A stretch of DNA of 43,493 nucleotides. Origin: a virus. Taxonomy: Duplodnaviria > Caudoviricetes. A program made the position numbers and the translations under genes. The number at the start of each line of letters is the position of its first letter. Positions within the stretch are counted from its first letter, which is position 1. The DNA lies in IMG/VR virus record IMGVR_UViG_3300024043_000020, positions 1 through 43,493 of that record; one strand, 5' to 3'. The notes below the pieces were generated by a model. It ran no database searches and was not told the DNA's origin. It saw nothing but the letters and a program-made list of their open reading frames with translations. Shown piece by piece: positions 15,665 to 23,492 of this stretch.

Positions 15665-16386
15665 TGCATCTGGCCGCGATCATTCTTATCGTTTTTATTT
15701 CGATCTCAATGGGGGTTTCCATTGGCCTTCACGGCGAACAGCGTCAGCATGATGCCTACGCAGCCGTACTGCACAAACTGATCCTGCTCGGGCTGCTGGC
15801 TTGGGGCGGCTTCTTCGCGCCGCCAGCCAAGGCCCAGATTCCGGACGCCGCCGTCAAGCACCGCGCCGAGCTGACCCGCAACGCCCGCGCCGTCTGGGGG
15901 CTGGATGCCCCGGTCGCCACCTTCGCCGCGCAGATTCACCAGGAATCCGCCTGGCGGCCGGGTGCGGTCAGCCAGGTCGGTGCCGAAGGCATGGCCCAGT
16001 TCATGCCGGCCACGGCAAGCTGGATTGCCGGCATCTACCCAAGAACCCTCGGCGCCGCCGCGCCCTACAACCCGTCCTGGGCCATGCGCGCCCTGGTGCA
16101 GTACGACGCCTGGCTGCATCAACGAATCCGAGCCGCAAGCCCGTGCGAGCGCCTGGCCTTTGTCCTGTCCGCCTACAACGGCGGCCTGGGCTGGGTCGAC
16201 CGAGACAAAAAACTGGCATCGGGTAAGGGGCTCGATCCGCTGGTTTGGTTCGGATCGGTCGAGCGCGTCAATGCTGGCCGCTCGGCCGTCAACTGGCAAG
16301 AAAACCGCAACTACCCGCAGCGCATCCTGCTGCACCATGAGCCGCTCTACATCGCGGCCGGCTGGGGCCGAGGGGTGTGCACATGA
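15664..16386 (+). CDS. Endolysin: lytic transglycosylase (SLT) with hydrophobic N-terminus
   Basis: AQIHQES, GAEGMAQFMPAT, SAYNGGLG motifs; start ATG 15664 overlaps the holin stop. Confidence 0.92.
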   Translation: MHLAAIILIVFISISMGVSIGLHGEQRQHDAYAAVLHKLILLGLLAWGGFFAPPAKAQIPDAAVKHRAELTRNARAVWGLDAPVATFAAQIHQESAWRPGAVSQVGAEGMAQFMPATASWIAGIYPRTLGAAAPYNPSWAMRALVQYDAWLHQRIRAASPCERLAFVLSAYNGGLGWVDRDKKLASGKGLDPLVWFGSVERVNAGRSAVNWQENRNYPQRILLHHEPLYIAAGWGRGVCT

Positions 16387-16811
16387 TCTCGGCCAAGGCA
16401 CTGGCATGCGTTGTCCTGGCCGGCCTGCTGATGACGGCCGCCGGGACGATAGGCGGCTACTGGTACGGCCACGGCGCCGGCGTCGCCGACGAAAAAGGCC
16501 GCGCCAGCGCAGAAGCCGTGAAAGACCTGACCGCCATCATCGACGCCGGCAAAGGACTGATCAACGACGCCAACGACGCCAGCAAGGCCATGCGCGCGGC
16601 CGTCGCCGCCCGCGCCCTCCAGGACAAAAAGACCACGGGAGAACTGAAAGATGCACTCGCCAAGACGGCCGGCAGCCGTGTTGATTGCCGCTTCGATGAT
16701 GACAGCATGCGCCAGCTCGGCGCCGCCCGGGAGCGCGCCACCGCAGCTGCTGCCGGCGGAATACGCGGCGAGCTGCCCGCCGCCGGTGGCGCCCATCAGC
16801 AACCTCGCTGA
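16383..16811 (+). CDS. i-spanin (Rz-like)
   Basis: N-terminal TM followed by a helical coiled coil; directly after the endolysin. Confidence 0.75.
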   Translation: MISAKALACVVLAGLLMTAAGTIGGYWYGHGAGVADEKGRASAEAVKDLTAIIDAGKGLINDANDASKAMRAAVAARALQDKKTTGELKDALAKTAGSRVDCRFDDDSMRQLGAARERATAAAAGGIRGELPAAGGAHQQPR

Positions 16812-16908
16812 CGACGTGGCGGTGGCGCTGAAAGAAATGTACGACCTCTACGGCACCTGCGCCGGCCGTCATGTCGAAACCGTGGACTGGATAACCCGAA
16901 GACGATGA
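16651..16908 (+). CDS. o-spanin (Rz1-like lipoprotein)
   Basis: Starts inside Rz in another frame; lipobox MTA-C20; Pro-rich with additional Cys. Confidence 0.75.
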   Translation: MHSPRRPAAVLIAASMMTACASSAPPGSAPPQLLPAEYAASCPPPVAPISNLADDVAVALKEMYDLYGTCAGRHVETVDWITRRR

Positions 16909-17135
16909 TCGACCCTTTTGACATTGCCAGCGAGCGCGAGCAGGAAGCCCGCGATGACGCGATCGCCGCGCAGCGCCGCCGCGCCGGCCTGACCGGCAAG
17001 ACCGTCGCCGACTCGGCGCTGTTTTGCCAGGACGACGAATGTGGCGCCCCGATCCCGCAGCGGCGGCGCGAGGCGGTCCCCGGCTGCCAGTTCTGCATCG
17101 ACTGCCAGGAATTGCACGAAATGAGGCGCAGATGA
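16905..17135 (+). CDS. TraR/DksA C4-type zinc-finger protein
   Basis: DPFDIASERE...CQDDECGAPIPQRRREAVPGCQFCIDCQ. Confidence 0.9.
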   Translation: MIDPFDIASEREQEARDDAIAAQRRRAGLTGKTVADSALFCQDDECGAPIPQRRREAVPGCQFCIDCQELHEMRRR

Positions 17136-17431
17136 GCGAAGACCTGAAATTCTGGATCAGCATCGCCCAATGGCTGTTCATGCTCGGCATCGGCTTCTAC
17201 GTGTGGCTCACCAACCAGCAAGCGGCCACCGCCAAGGATATGGCCGAAATCGCCACGCGCGTGACAACGCTCGAAGAACAGATGCGGCACCTGCCCGACC
17301 AGGCACTGGTCAACGAGGTGGCCGGCGACATGAAGGCGGTGAAGGCCGAGCTGGCCGGCATCAGGGAATCCATCGTGCCCTTGACCCGCAGCATGGATCG
17401 GATGCACTCCTACTTGCTCAATCGAAAATGA
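17132..17431 (+). CDS. DUF2730-like (Mu gp25-like) membrane protein
   Basis: MSEDLKFWISIAQWLFMLGIGFYVW..., N-terminal TM plus coiled coil; gene order. Confidence 0.75.
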   Translation: MSEDLKFWISIAQWLFMLGIGFYVWLTNQQAATAKDMAEIATRVTTLEEQMRHLPDQALVNEVAGDMKAVKAELAGIRESIVPLTRSMDRMHSYLLNRK

Positions 17432-17733
17432 CTACCACCTCCGAGAATTTCGCCGAATACCTGCGCCGCGACATCCGTCTGGTGCTCCTGCGCGTGATGG
17501 CCGACCTGCCGGCGTACCGCGCCAACAGCAGCGTGCTGGCGATGGCGCTCGAGCGCTTCGGCCATGCCGTCACGCGCGACCAGGTCAAGACCGAGCTGCG
17601 CTGGCTCGAAGAACAGGGCCTGTTGACGATCGAAGACATCGGCGCGGTGCTGGTGGCCACCATCACCGAGCGCGGCGCCGACGTCGCCCGCGGCCGCGCG
17701 CAGACGCCCGGCGTCGCCCGCCCCGGAGCATAG
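17428..17733 (+). CDS. Mu gp26-like protein
   Basis: RLVLLRVM...YRANSSVL...RDQVKTELRWLEEQGL...ERGADVARGRA..PGVARP. Confidence 0.85.
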   Translation: MTTTSENFAEYLRRDIRLVLLRVMADLPAYRANSSVLAMALERFGHAVTRDQVKTELRWLEEQGLLTIEDIGAVLVATITERGADVARGRAQTPGVARPGA

Positions 17734-17734
17734 G

Positions 17735-18283
17735 ATGGGCCGCAAATCGGCAATTACCCGGCTCGACCCGGCCGTGCGCAAGCACCTGGAGAAGCTGCTG
17801 CGCGAGGATCGGCTGACGCTCGACGAAATGATCGACGACGTTCGCGCCAAATTCCCCGACCAGCCGCTGCCCAGTCGCTCGGGCCTGCACCGCTACCGCA
17901 CCGGCTTCGATGAGATGGTCGGCCGCATGCGCGAAATCGAGACCGCCGCCGGCGCCCTGGTCGACGAGCTGGGCGACGGCGTCGGCGACAAGGCCGGCGC
18001 GCTGCTGGCCCAGGCGGTGACCACGCTGGCCACCAACGCCGCCCTCAACCTGCACGATGCCGACAAGGTGTCCGTCAAGGAAGTCGGCGAACTGGCGCGC
18101 GCGGCGCGCGCCGCCATGCAGGCGCGCACCATGAGCATCAAGGAGCGTCAGGCGATCGAAGACGCCGCCCGCGCCAAGCTGCTGCGCGAGCAGGAGGCCA
18201 ACCTGGACGAAGCCGTGCGCGCCCAGGGCATGAACGAAGAACAGGCCGACTTCTGGCGTAAGAAAGTCCTGGGGATCGTGTAA
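17735..18283 (+). CDS. Terminase small subunit (Mu gp27/DUF3486)
   Basis: MGRKSAITRLDP...PSRSGLHRY. Confidence 0.88.
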   Translation: MGRKSAITRLDPAVRKHLEKLLREDRLTLDEMIDDVRAKFPDQPLPSRSGLHRYRTGFDEMVGRMREIETAAGALVDELGDGVGDKAGALLAQAVTTLATNAALNLHDADKVSVKEVGELARAARAAMQARTMSIKERQAIEDAARAKLLREQEANLDEAVRAQGMNEEQADFWRKKVLGIV

Positions 18284-19899
18284 TGGCATCCCTGGTAAAG
18301 CCGCTGGCCAGCACGCTGCGCGTCGTCGAATGGGACGAACTGCCGGCCAGCGCGCGCGAAGTGCCGGCCAATTTCGACCCGCTGCGCGCAGGCGTGCTGA
18401 TGCGGCACCAGGTCGAATGGCTGAAGATCAAGGCGTCGATCAAGGTGGTGCCGAAAGGCCGGCGCACCGGCATCACATTCTGCGAGGCGCTCGACGACAC
18501 GGTCAAAGCCTCATCGCGCAAGACTGCCGGCGGCGACAACGTCTACTACATCGGCGACACCAAGGAAAAAGGGCTGGAATTTATCGGCTACTGCGCCAAG
18601 TTCGCGCGTGTGATCGCGCAGGCGCAAGGCCAGGGCGTGTCCGGGATCGAAGAGTTTCTCTTCGAAGACCAGGACGAAAAAGGCAACACCAAGAACATCA
18701 CCAGCTACCGCATCCGGTTCTCGTCTGGATTCCAGATCACCGCCTTGTCGAGCCGGCCGGCCAACATTCGCGGGCTGCAGGGCAAGGTCGTGATCGACGA
18801 GGCGGCGTTCCACCCCGACGTCCAGGGCGTGCTGGACGCTGCCACTGCGCTGCTGATCTGGGGCGGAGAGATCGTCATCATCTCCAGCCACAACGGCAAG
18901 GCCAATCCGTTCAACCAGCTGATCAAGGACATCGAGGCCGGCCGCTACGGCGACGACGCCGCCGTGTACACGGTGACCTTCGACGATGCGGTCGCCAACG
19001 GCCTGTACGAGCGTGTCTGCCTGATGAAAGGCTGGGAGGCGACTGCGGAGGGCAAGGCCGCCTGGTACGCCAAGATCCGCAATGCCTATGGCGTGCGCAA
19101 GGCCGCCATGCGCGAAGAACTGGACGCCATCCCGCGTGACGGCAACGGTGTCTGCATTCCTGGTGTCTGGATCGAGGCCGCGATGCCGACCGAGCGGCCG
19201 GTGCTGCGCCTGACCCTGGGCGACGATTTCCCGCACAAGCCGCTGGCCGAGCGCGATTCGTTCGCCAAGGATTGGATCGAGCGCCACCTGACGCAGGAGC
19301 TGAGCAAGCTCAACAAGGGCAACCGGTGCGTATTCGGCCACGACTTCGCACGCCACCGGGATTTTTCCGAAATCGTGCCGATGGAGATCCTGCCCAACCT
19401 GCGGCGCGTGGTGCCTTTCATCGTCGAAATGCACAACGTCCCAACCCGTCAGCAGGAGCAGATCCTGTGGGCACTGATCGATGGGCTGCCCGGTGGCACC
19501 ACCGGCGCGATGGACGCCACCGGATCAGGAGAAACATTGGCCGAATACACGGCGGACAAATACGGCCATAGGCGCATTGCGCAGATCAAGCTGAATCGCG
19601 CCTGGTACGGCACCTGGATGCCGAAGCTGATTCAGGGATTCGAAGACGGCGTGATCGATCTGCCGCGGGACGACAACGTGATGCAGGATCTTCGGGCAAT
19701 TGAAGAAATCGACGGCGTTCCGATGGTGGCCGCAGTGCGCAAGGAAGACCTGAAGGACCCGGACCTGCATCGGCACGGCGACACGGCGATCGCTCTGGCG
19801 CTGGCCTGGTATGCCAGTCTCACGCTCAACCAGGGGCCAGTCCGTGTTGCCTCGCGCGGCACACGTTTCAAGAAAGCACAAGGGAGCCGGTGGCTATGA
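18283..19899 (+). CDS. Terminase large subunit (Mu gp28-like)
   Basis: KGRRTGIT, RGLQGKVVIDEAAFH, DFARHRD, RHGDTAIA motifs. Confidence 0.93.
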   Translation: MASLVKPLASTLRVVEWDELPASAREVPANFDPLRAGVLMRHQVEWLKIKASIKVVPKGRRTGITFCEALDDTVKASSRKTAGGDNVYYIGDTKEKGLEFIGYCAKFARVIAQAQGQGVSGIEEFLFEDQDEKGNTKNITSYRIRFSSGFQITALSSRPANIRGLQGKVVIDEAAFHPDVQGVLDAATALLIWGGEIVIISSHNGKANPFNQLIKDIEAGRYGDDAAVYTVTFDDAVANGLYERVCLMKGWEATAEGKAAWYAKIRNAYGVRKAAMREELDAIPRDGNGVCIPGVWIEAAMPTERPVLRLTLGDDFPHKPLAERDSFAKDWIERHLTQELSKLNKGNRCVFGHDFARHRDFSEIVPMEILPNLRRVVPFIVEMHNVPTRQQEQILWALIDGLPGGTTGAMDATGSGETLAEYTADKYGHRRIAQIKLNRAWYGTWMPKLIQGFEDGVIDLPRDDNVMQDLRAIEEIDGVPMVAAVRKEDLKDPDLHRHGDTAIALALAWYASLTLNQGPVRVASRGTRFKKAQGSRWL

Positions 19900-21386
19900 G
19901 CAGTAAAGCAAAGGGCCTGTATCTGCCCAATGGCAATTTCGTCCACTTCGGCGAGCGGCCACAAGTCGGCAAGCAGATCGCCACGCGCGCCTCCGCGGCG
20001 GGCATGAGCAACATGGGCGACGTGTTGCCCAACCCCGACCCGGTCCTGCGCAAGCTCGGCAAAAGCATCCAGGTCTACCGCGATCTGCGTGCCGACGGCC
20101 ATGTCGGCGGCTGCATCCGCCGCCGCAAGGCCGCGGTCAAAAGCCTGATCTGGGGCGTCGATCGGGAGCAGGCGCAAAGCCGCATCGCCAAGTCGATCCA
20201 GGCAATCTTCGACGACCTGGACATGGAGCGCATCATCGGCGAAATCCTGGACGCGCCGCTGTATGGCTACCAGCCGCTTGAAGTGGTGTGGGACCATGTC
20301 GGCGGCCTGCTAGTGCCGGTCGATGTGATCGGCAAACCAGCCGAGTGGTTTTTCTTCGACGCCGAAAACCGCCTGCGCTTCCGCTCCAAGGATGCCGGCC
20401 CGGCCGGAGAGCTGGTGCCGGAGCGGGCATTTCTGCTGCCGCGGCAGGATGCCAGCTACGACAACCCCTACGGCCAGCCGGATCTGGCGCGCTGCTTCTG
20501 GCCGACCAAATTCAAGCAGGGCGGCCTGGACTTCTGGTTCCGCTTCGTCGAAAAATACGGCACTCCCTGGCTGATCGGCAAATCGCCGCGCTCGACCAAC
20601 GATGCCGAGAACGAGCGCCTGCTGGACATGCTCGAGCAGATGATCCAGGACGCGGTGGCCGTGATCCCGGACGATGCCTCTGTCGAGATCGTGGAGGCAG
20701 CCGGCAAGTCGTCGTCCGCCGACGTGTTCGAGAAGTTCCTGATGCACCTGCGCTCTGAAGTCAGCATCGCGCTGCTCGGGCAAAACCAGACCACGGAAGC
20801 CAGTACCAACAAAGCCAGCGCGCAGGCCGGGCTGGAAGTGGCCAGCGACATCCGCGATGCCGATGCCGGCATCGTCTGCGCTGCGCTCAACCAGCTGATC
20901 GGCTGGACATGCGATCTGAATTTCCACGGCGCCCAGCCCGTCTTCGACATGTGGGAAGAGGAGTCCGTCGACGAGACGCTGGCGACGCGCGATGAAATCC
21001 TGAAGCGTGCCGGCGCGACCTTCACGAATCGCTATTTCATTCGCACTTATGGCCTGCAGCCGGGTGACTTGTCCGAGCCGCCCGCCGGCGACGCCGAGCA
21101 TGAGGCCGTGCCGGCCGCGTTCGCCGAAGCTGCGGCGCCGGCCTCGGTGCCGGCGGTAATGGCAGACCGGCTAGCCGACGATCTGCAGCCGGCGCTGGAT
21201 AGCTGGATCGACCAGATTCGCGACCTCGCCGAGCGGGCAACAAGCCTGGACGAGCTGCGCGACGGCCTGCTGGCGCTGGCGCCGGACATGAGCCTGGATC
21301 AGTACGCGGCGGCGATGGGCCAGGCGCTGGTCGCTGCCGCGGCGGCCGGCCGCGCCGATATCGTCGACCAGGTCAGCAATGGCTAG
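19896..21386 (+). CDS. Portal protein (Mu gp29/DUF935)
   Basis: LPNPDPVLRK, NPYG, FVEKYGTPWLIGK, LLGQNQTTE motifs. Confidence 0.93.
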   Translation: MSSKAKGLYLPNGNFVHFGERPQVGKQIATRASAAGMSNMGDVLPNPDPVLRKLGKSIQVYRDLRADGHVGGCIRRRKAAVKSLIWGVDREQAQSRIAKSIQAIFDDLDMERIIGEILDAPLYGYQPLEVVWDHVGGLLVPVDVIGKPAEWFFFDAENRLRFRSKDAGPAGELVPERAFLLPRQDASYDNPYGQPDLARCFWPTKFKQGGLDFWFRFVEKYGTPWLIGKSPRSTNDAENERLLDMLEQMIQDAVAVIPDDASVEIVEAAGKSSSADVFEKFLMHLRSEVSIALLGQNQTTEASTNKASAQAGLEVASDIRDADAGIVCAALNQLIGWTCDLNFHGAQPVFDMWEEESVDETLATRDEILKRAGATFTNRYFIRTYGLQPGDLSEPPAGDAEHEAVPAAFAEAAAPASVPAVMADRLADDLQPALDSWIDQIRDLAERATSLDELRDGLLALAPDMSLDQYAAAMGQALVAAAAAGRADIVDQVSNG

Positions 21387-22668
21387 TGTCGCCTACGGCA
21401 GTCTGCCGTTTTCCGAGCAGATTGCATTCTTCCGGCGTAAGGTCAACATCCCGACCGCAGCCTGGACCGACATCTGGCAATCGCAGCACGACCACGCTTT
21501 CGTCGTCGCCGGCGCCAACCGCGATGACCTGGTGGCCGACTTCCGCGCGGCGGTCGACAAGGTGATCGCCGACGGCGGCACGCTGGAGGATTTCCGCCGC
21601 GACTTCGACCGCATCGTCGCCAAGCACGGCTGGGACTATAACGGCGGGCGTAACTGGCGCTCGCGCGTGATCTACGAGACCAACCTCAATACCAGCTACG
21701 CCGCGGGCCGCTATGCGCAGCTGCAGGCGGTCAAGCAGACCCGCCCGTACTGGCAGTACGTCCACAGCGACGCTGTCGAACATCCGCGTCCGGTGCATGA
21801 ATCCTGGCACGGCCTGGTGCTGCATGCCGACGATCCCTGGTGGGCTACCAACTATCCGCCGAACGGATGGGGCTGCCAGTGCACCGTCCATGCGCTGAAC
21901 GAGCGCGATCTGCGGCACCTGGGCAAGACCGGCCCTGACAAGGCACCGGATCTCGACTGGCACGACGTCGAGGTCGGCCAGCGCAGCCCCGGGGGCTCGC
22001 AGACCGTGCGCGTCCCGGCCGGCGTCGATCCCGGCTTTGCCTATACGCCGGGGCGGGATGCCTTCACGCAGCTGCTGCTGCAGGCTCTCGGCAAGACCGC
22101 TGCCTTTCCGGCGGCCTACGCGGCGCGCTCCGCCACCGCGACACTGGCGCGCCCGCGCGCACTGGAGGCGATCAAGTCCGGGTTCAAGGATTTCGTCGCC
22201 GGCATCCTGCTCGACCGCCTCGCGCGCGGCCGGCGCTTCACCGTAGGGTCGCTGTCGCCGACCACGGTGACGGCCCTGGGTGAAGCCGGGATCATGCCGC
22301 AGACCGCGGCGATCGTTGCGCGCGACGCCGACATCCTGCACGCGCTGCGCGACGTCAAATCGGCACGGCAAACCGCGGGCGGCCGGCCGAAAGCGTTGAC
22401 CGCCGCGGAGCTGCAGCAGATTCCCGGGATCCTGGCGCAGCCGCAGGCGGTGCTGCTCGATGCTGCAGCCAACGTCCTGATTTACGTTTTCCCGGCGGAG
22501 CGGCGCGCAGCCGGCAAACTGGTGGTACGGGTGGACTATCGTCTCGAAGGCAAGGAGCGCGTGAACCTGTTTCGGACGGCAAGCTTGATCGACTACGCCG
22601 ATCTGCAGTCACAGGTCACGTCGGGGGAATTGCGCCTGGTCGAAGGCGCCTTACGAAGGGTGCCATGA
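21379..22668 (+). CDS. MuF (gp30) head morphogenesis protein with a C-terminal extension resembling a BECR-fold nuclease
   Basis: MuF core RVIYETN...HPRPVH...YPPNGWGCQC...DPGFAYTPG, followed by about 200 extra aa (ILHALRD...IPGILAQPQAVLLD...LIYVF...KLVVRV...LFRTA). Confidence 0.88.
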   Translation: MASVAYGSLPFSEQIAFFRRKVNIPTAAWTDIWQSQHDHAFVVAGANRDDLVADFRAAVDKVIADGGTLEDFRRDFDRIVAKHGWDYNGGRNWRSRVIYETNLNTSYAAGRYAQLQAVKQTRPYWQYVHSDAVEHPRPVHESWHGLVLHADDPWWATNYPPNGWGCQCTVHALNERDLRHLGKTGPDKAPDLDWHDVEVGQRSPGGSQTVRVPAGVDPGFAYTPGRDAFTQLLLQALGKTAAFPAAYAARSATATLARPRALEAIKSGFKDFVAGILLDRLARGRRFTVGSLSPTTVTALGEAGIMPQTAAIVARDADILHALRDVKSARQTAGGRPKALTAAELQQIPGILAQPQAVLLDAAANVLIYVFPAERRAAGKLVVRVDYRLEGKERVNLFRTASLIDYADLQSQVTSGELRLVEGALRRVP

Positions 22669-22756
22669 ACGTCGAGGATGGACGCCACTTCCATCGTGCA
22701 GGCGCTTTGCAGCCCCCGGGCCGGATCTGGCGATTTCCCGGCCGCCTCGGCGCTCA
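22666..22756 (+). ncRNA. Candidate structured RNA (four-way junction with kissing loops)
   Basis: P1 CGTCGAG/CTCGGCG; P2 GATGGA/TCCATC (loop CGCCACT); P3 TGCA/TGCA; P4 GGCCGG/CCGGCC (loop contains TGGCG, complementary to the P2 loop). Folded by eye only. Confidence 0.5.
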
Positions 22757-22783
22757 CAGCAGAATTGATTATAGGAGTCAACG

Positions 22784-23272
22784 ATGGCCGGTGTAAAACT
22801 CGACGTCAAAGCGGGCGGCAGCGGCGTCCAGATCGATGCCGCCCTGGACAAGGTGATCGCGGTCATGACGGACCCGCAGCCGATGTTTGCCGATATGGGC
22901 GAATATCTCCTGCGCAGCACCCGAGGCCGCTTTACCGCGCAGGCCGCGCCGGACGGTACGCCGTGGCGCCGTCTGTCGCCCATTACCATCGGCCGAAAGC
23001 CGAAGAACAAAGACAGGATTCTGGTTCAGGAAGGTTACCTGCGCGGCCCTGGCATGCGCTATCAGGCCCTGCCGGACGGCTTCGCGGTCGGCAGCGATCG
23101 CGTCTATGCGGCCGCGCATCAGCTGGGTATGGCAAAAGGTTATGCAGGCACTACCCGCCGCAACAGCCCGATCCCTTGGGGCGATATTCCGGCCAGACCG
23201 TTTCTCGGGCTGTCGGCCGACGACGAAACCGAGCTGCTCGACATTGCGTCCGACTTCATGGCCGGAGGGTGA
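22784..23272 (+). CDS. Virion morphogenesis protein (Mu gp31/G)
   Basis: RFTAQAAPDGTPW...VGSDRVYAAAHQLG...IPARPFLGLS. Confidence 0.92.
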   Translation: MAGVKLDVKAGGSGVQIDAALDKVIAVMTDPQPMFADMGEYLLRSTRGRFTAQAAPDGTPWRRLSPITIGRKPKNKDRILVQEGYLRGPGMRYQALPDGFAVGSDRVYAAAHQLGMAKGYAGTTRRNSPIPWGDIPARPFLGLSADDETELLDIASDFMAGG

Positions 23273-23438
23273 GGCGCGAAAACGCGCCACGGGCGTTTTA
23301 AGCGGCGTCTGGCGGCGCGTGTACCGATTCGGTTCGGCTGGCCGCTTGTAGGGCTTTGCAAAGCCTTTATGCGGCAGTTTGATCTGCCGCAACCTTTCCG
23401 TTTTGCACGTCGCCGCTCCACGGCCGACCAGCGCAGCA

Positions 23439-23485
23439 GATTTTGCCCTGGTTCAAAAGACTTGCACGGCGCCGGCTTGCATGAT
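23439..23485 (+). promoter_or_regulatory. Putative activator-dependent late promoter 2 (protease/capsid/tail operon)
   Basis: GATTTTGCCCTGGTTCAAAAGACT, 17 nt, CATGAT, then 7 nt to ATG 23493. Confidence 0.8.
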
Positions 23486-23492
23486 GGCCGGC

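Noticed and set aside
22666-22756. Genuine tRNA gene
   Set aside because: No TTC T-loop, no canonical D-loop or anticodon-loop bases, and wrong arm lengths; kept only as a tRNA-shaped candidate RNA.
22678-23301. 207-aa ORF after MuF as a possible immunity protein
   Set aside because: It overlaps gene G out of frame along most of its length and has an Arg/Pro-rich shadow composition.
23273-23492. Anti-CRISPR locus (found between G and the protease in D3112-like phages)
   Set aside because: No credible ORF or aca-like HTH gene in this gap.
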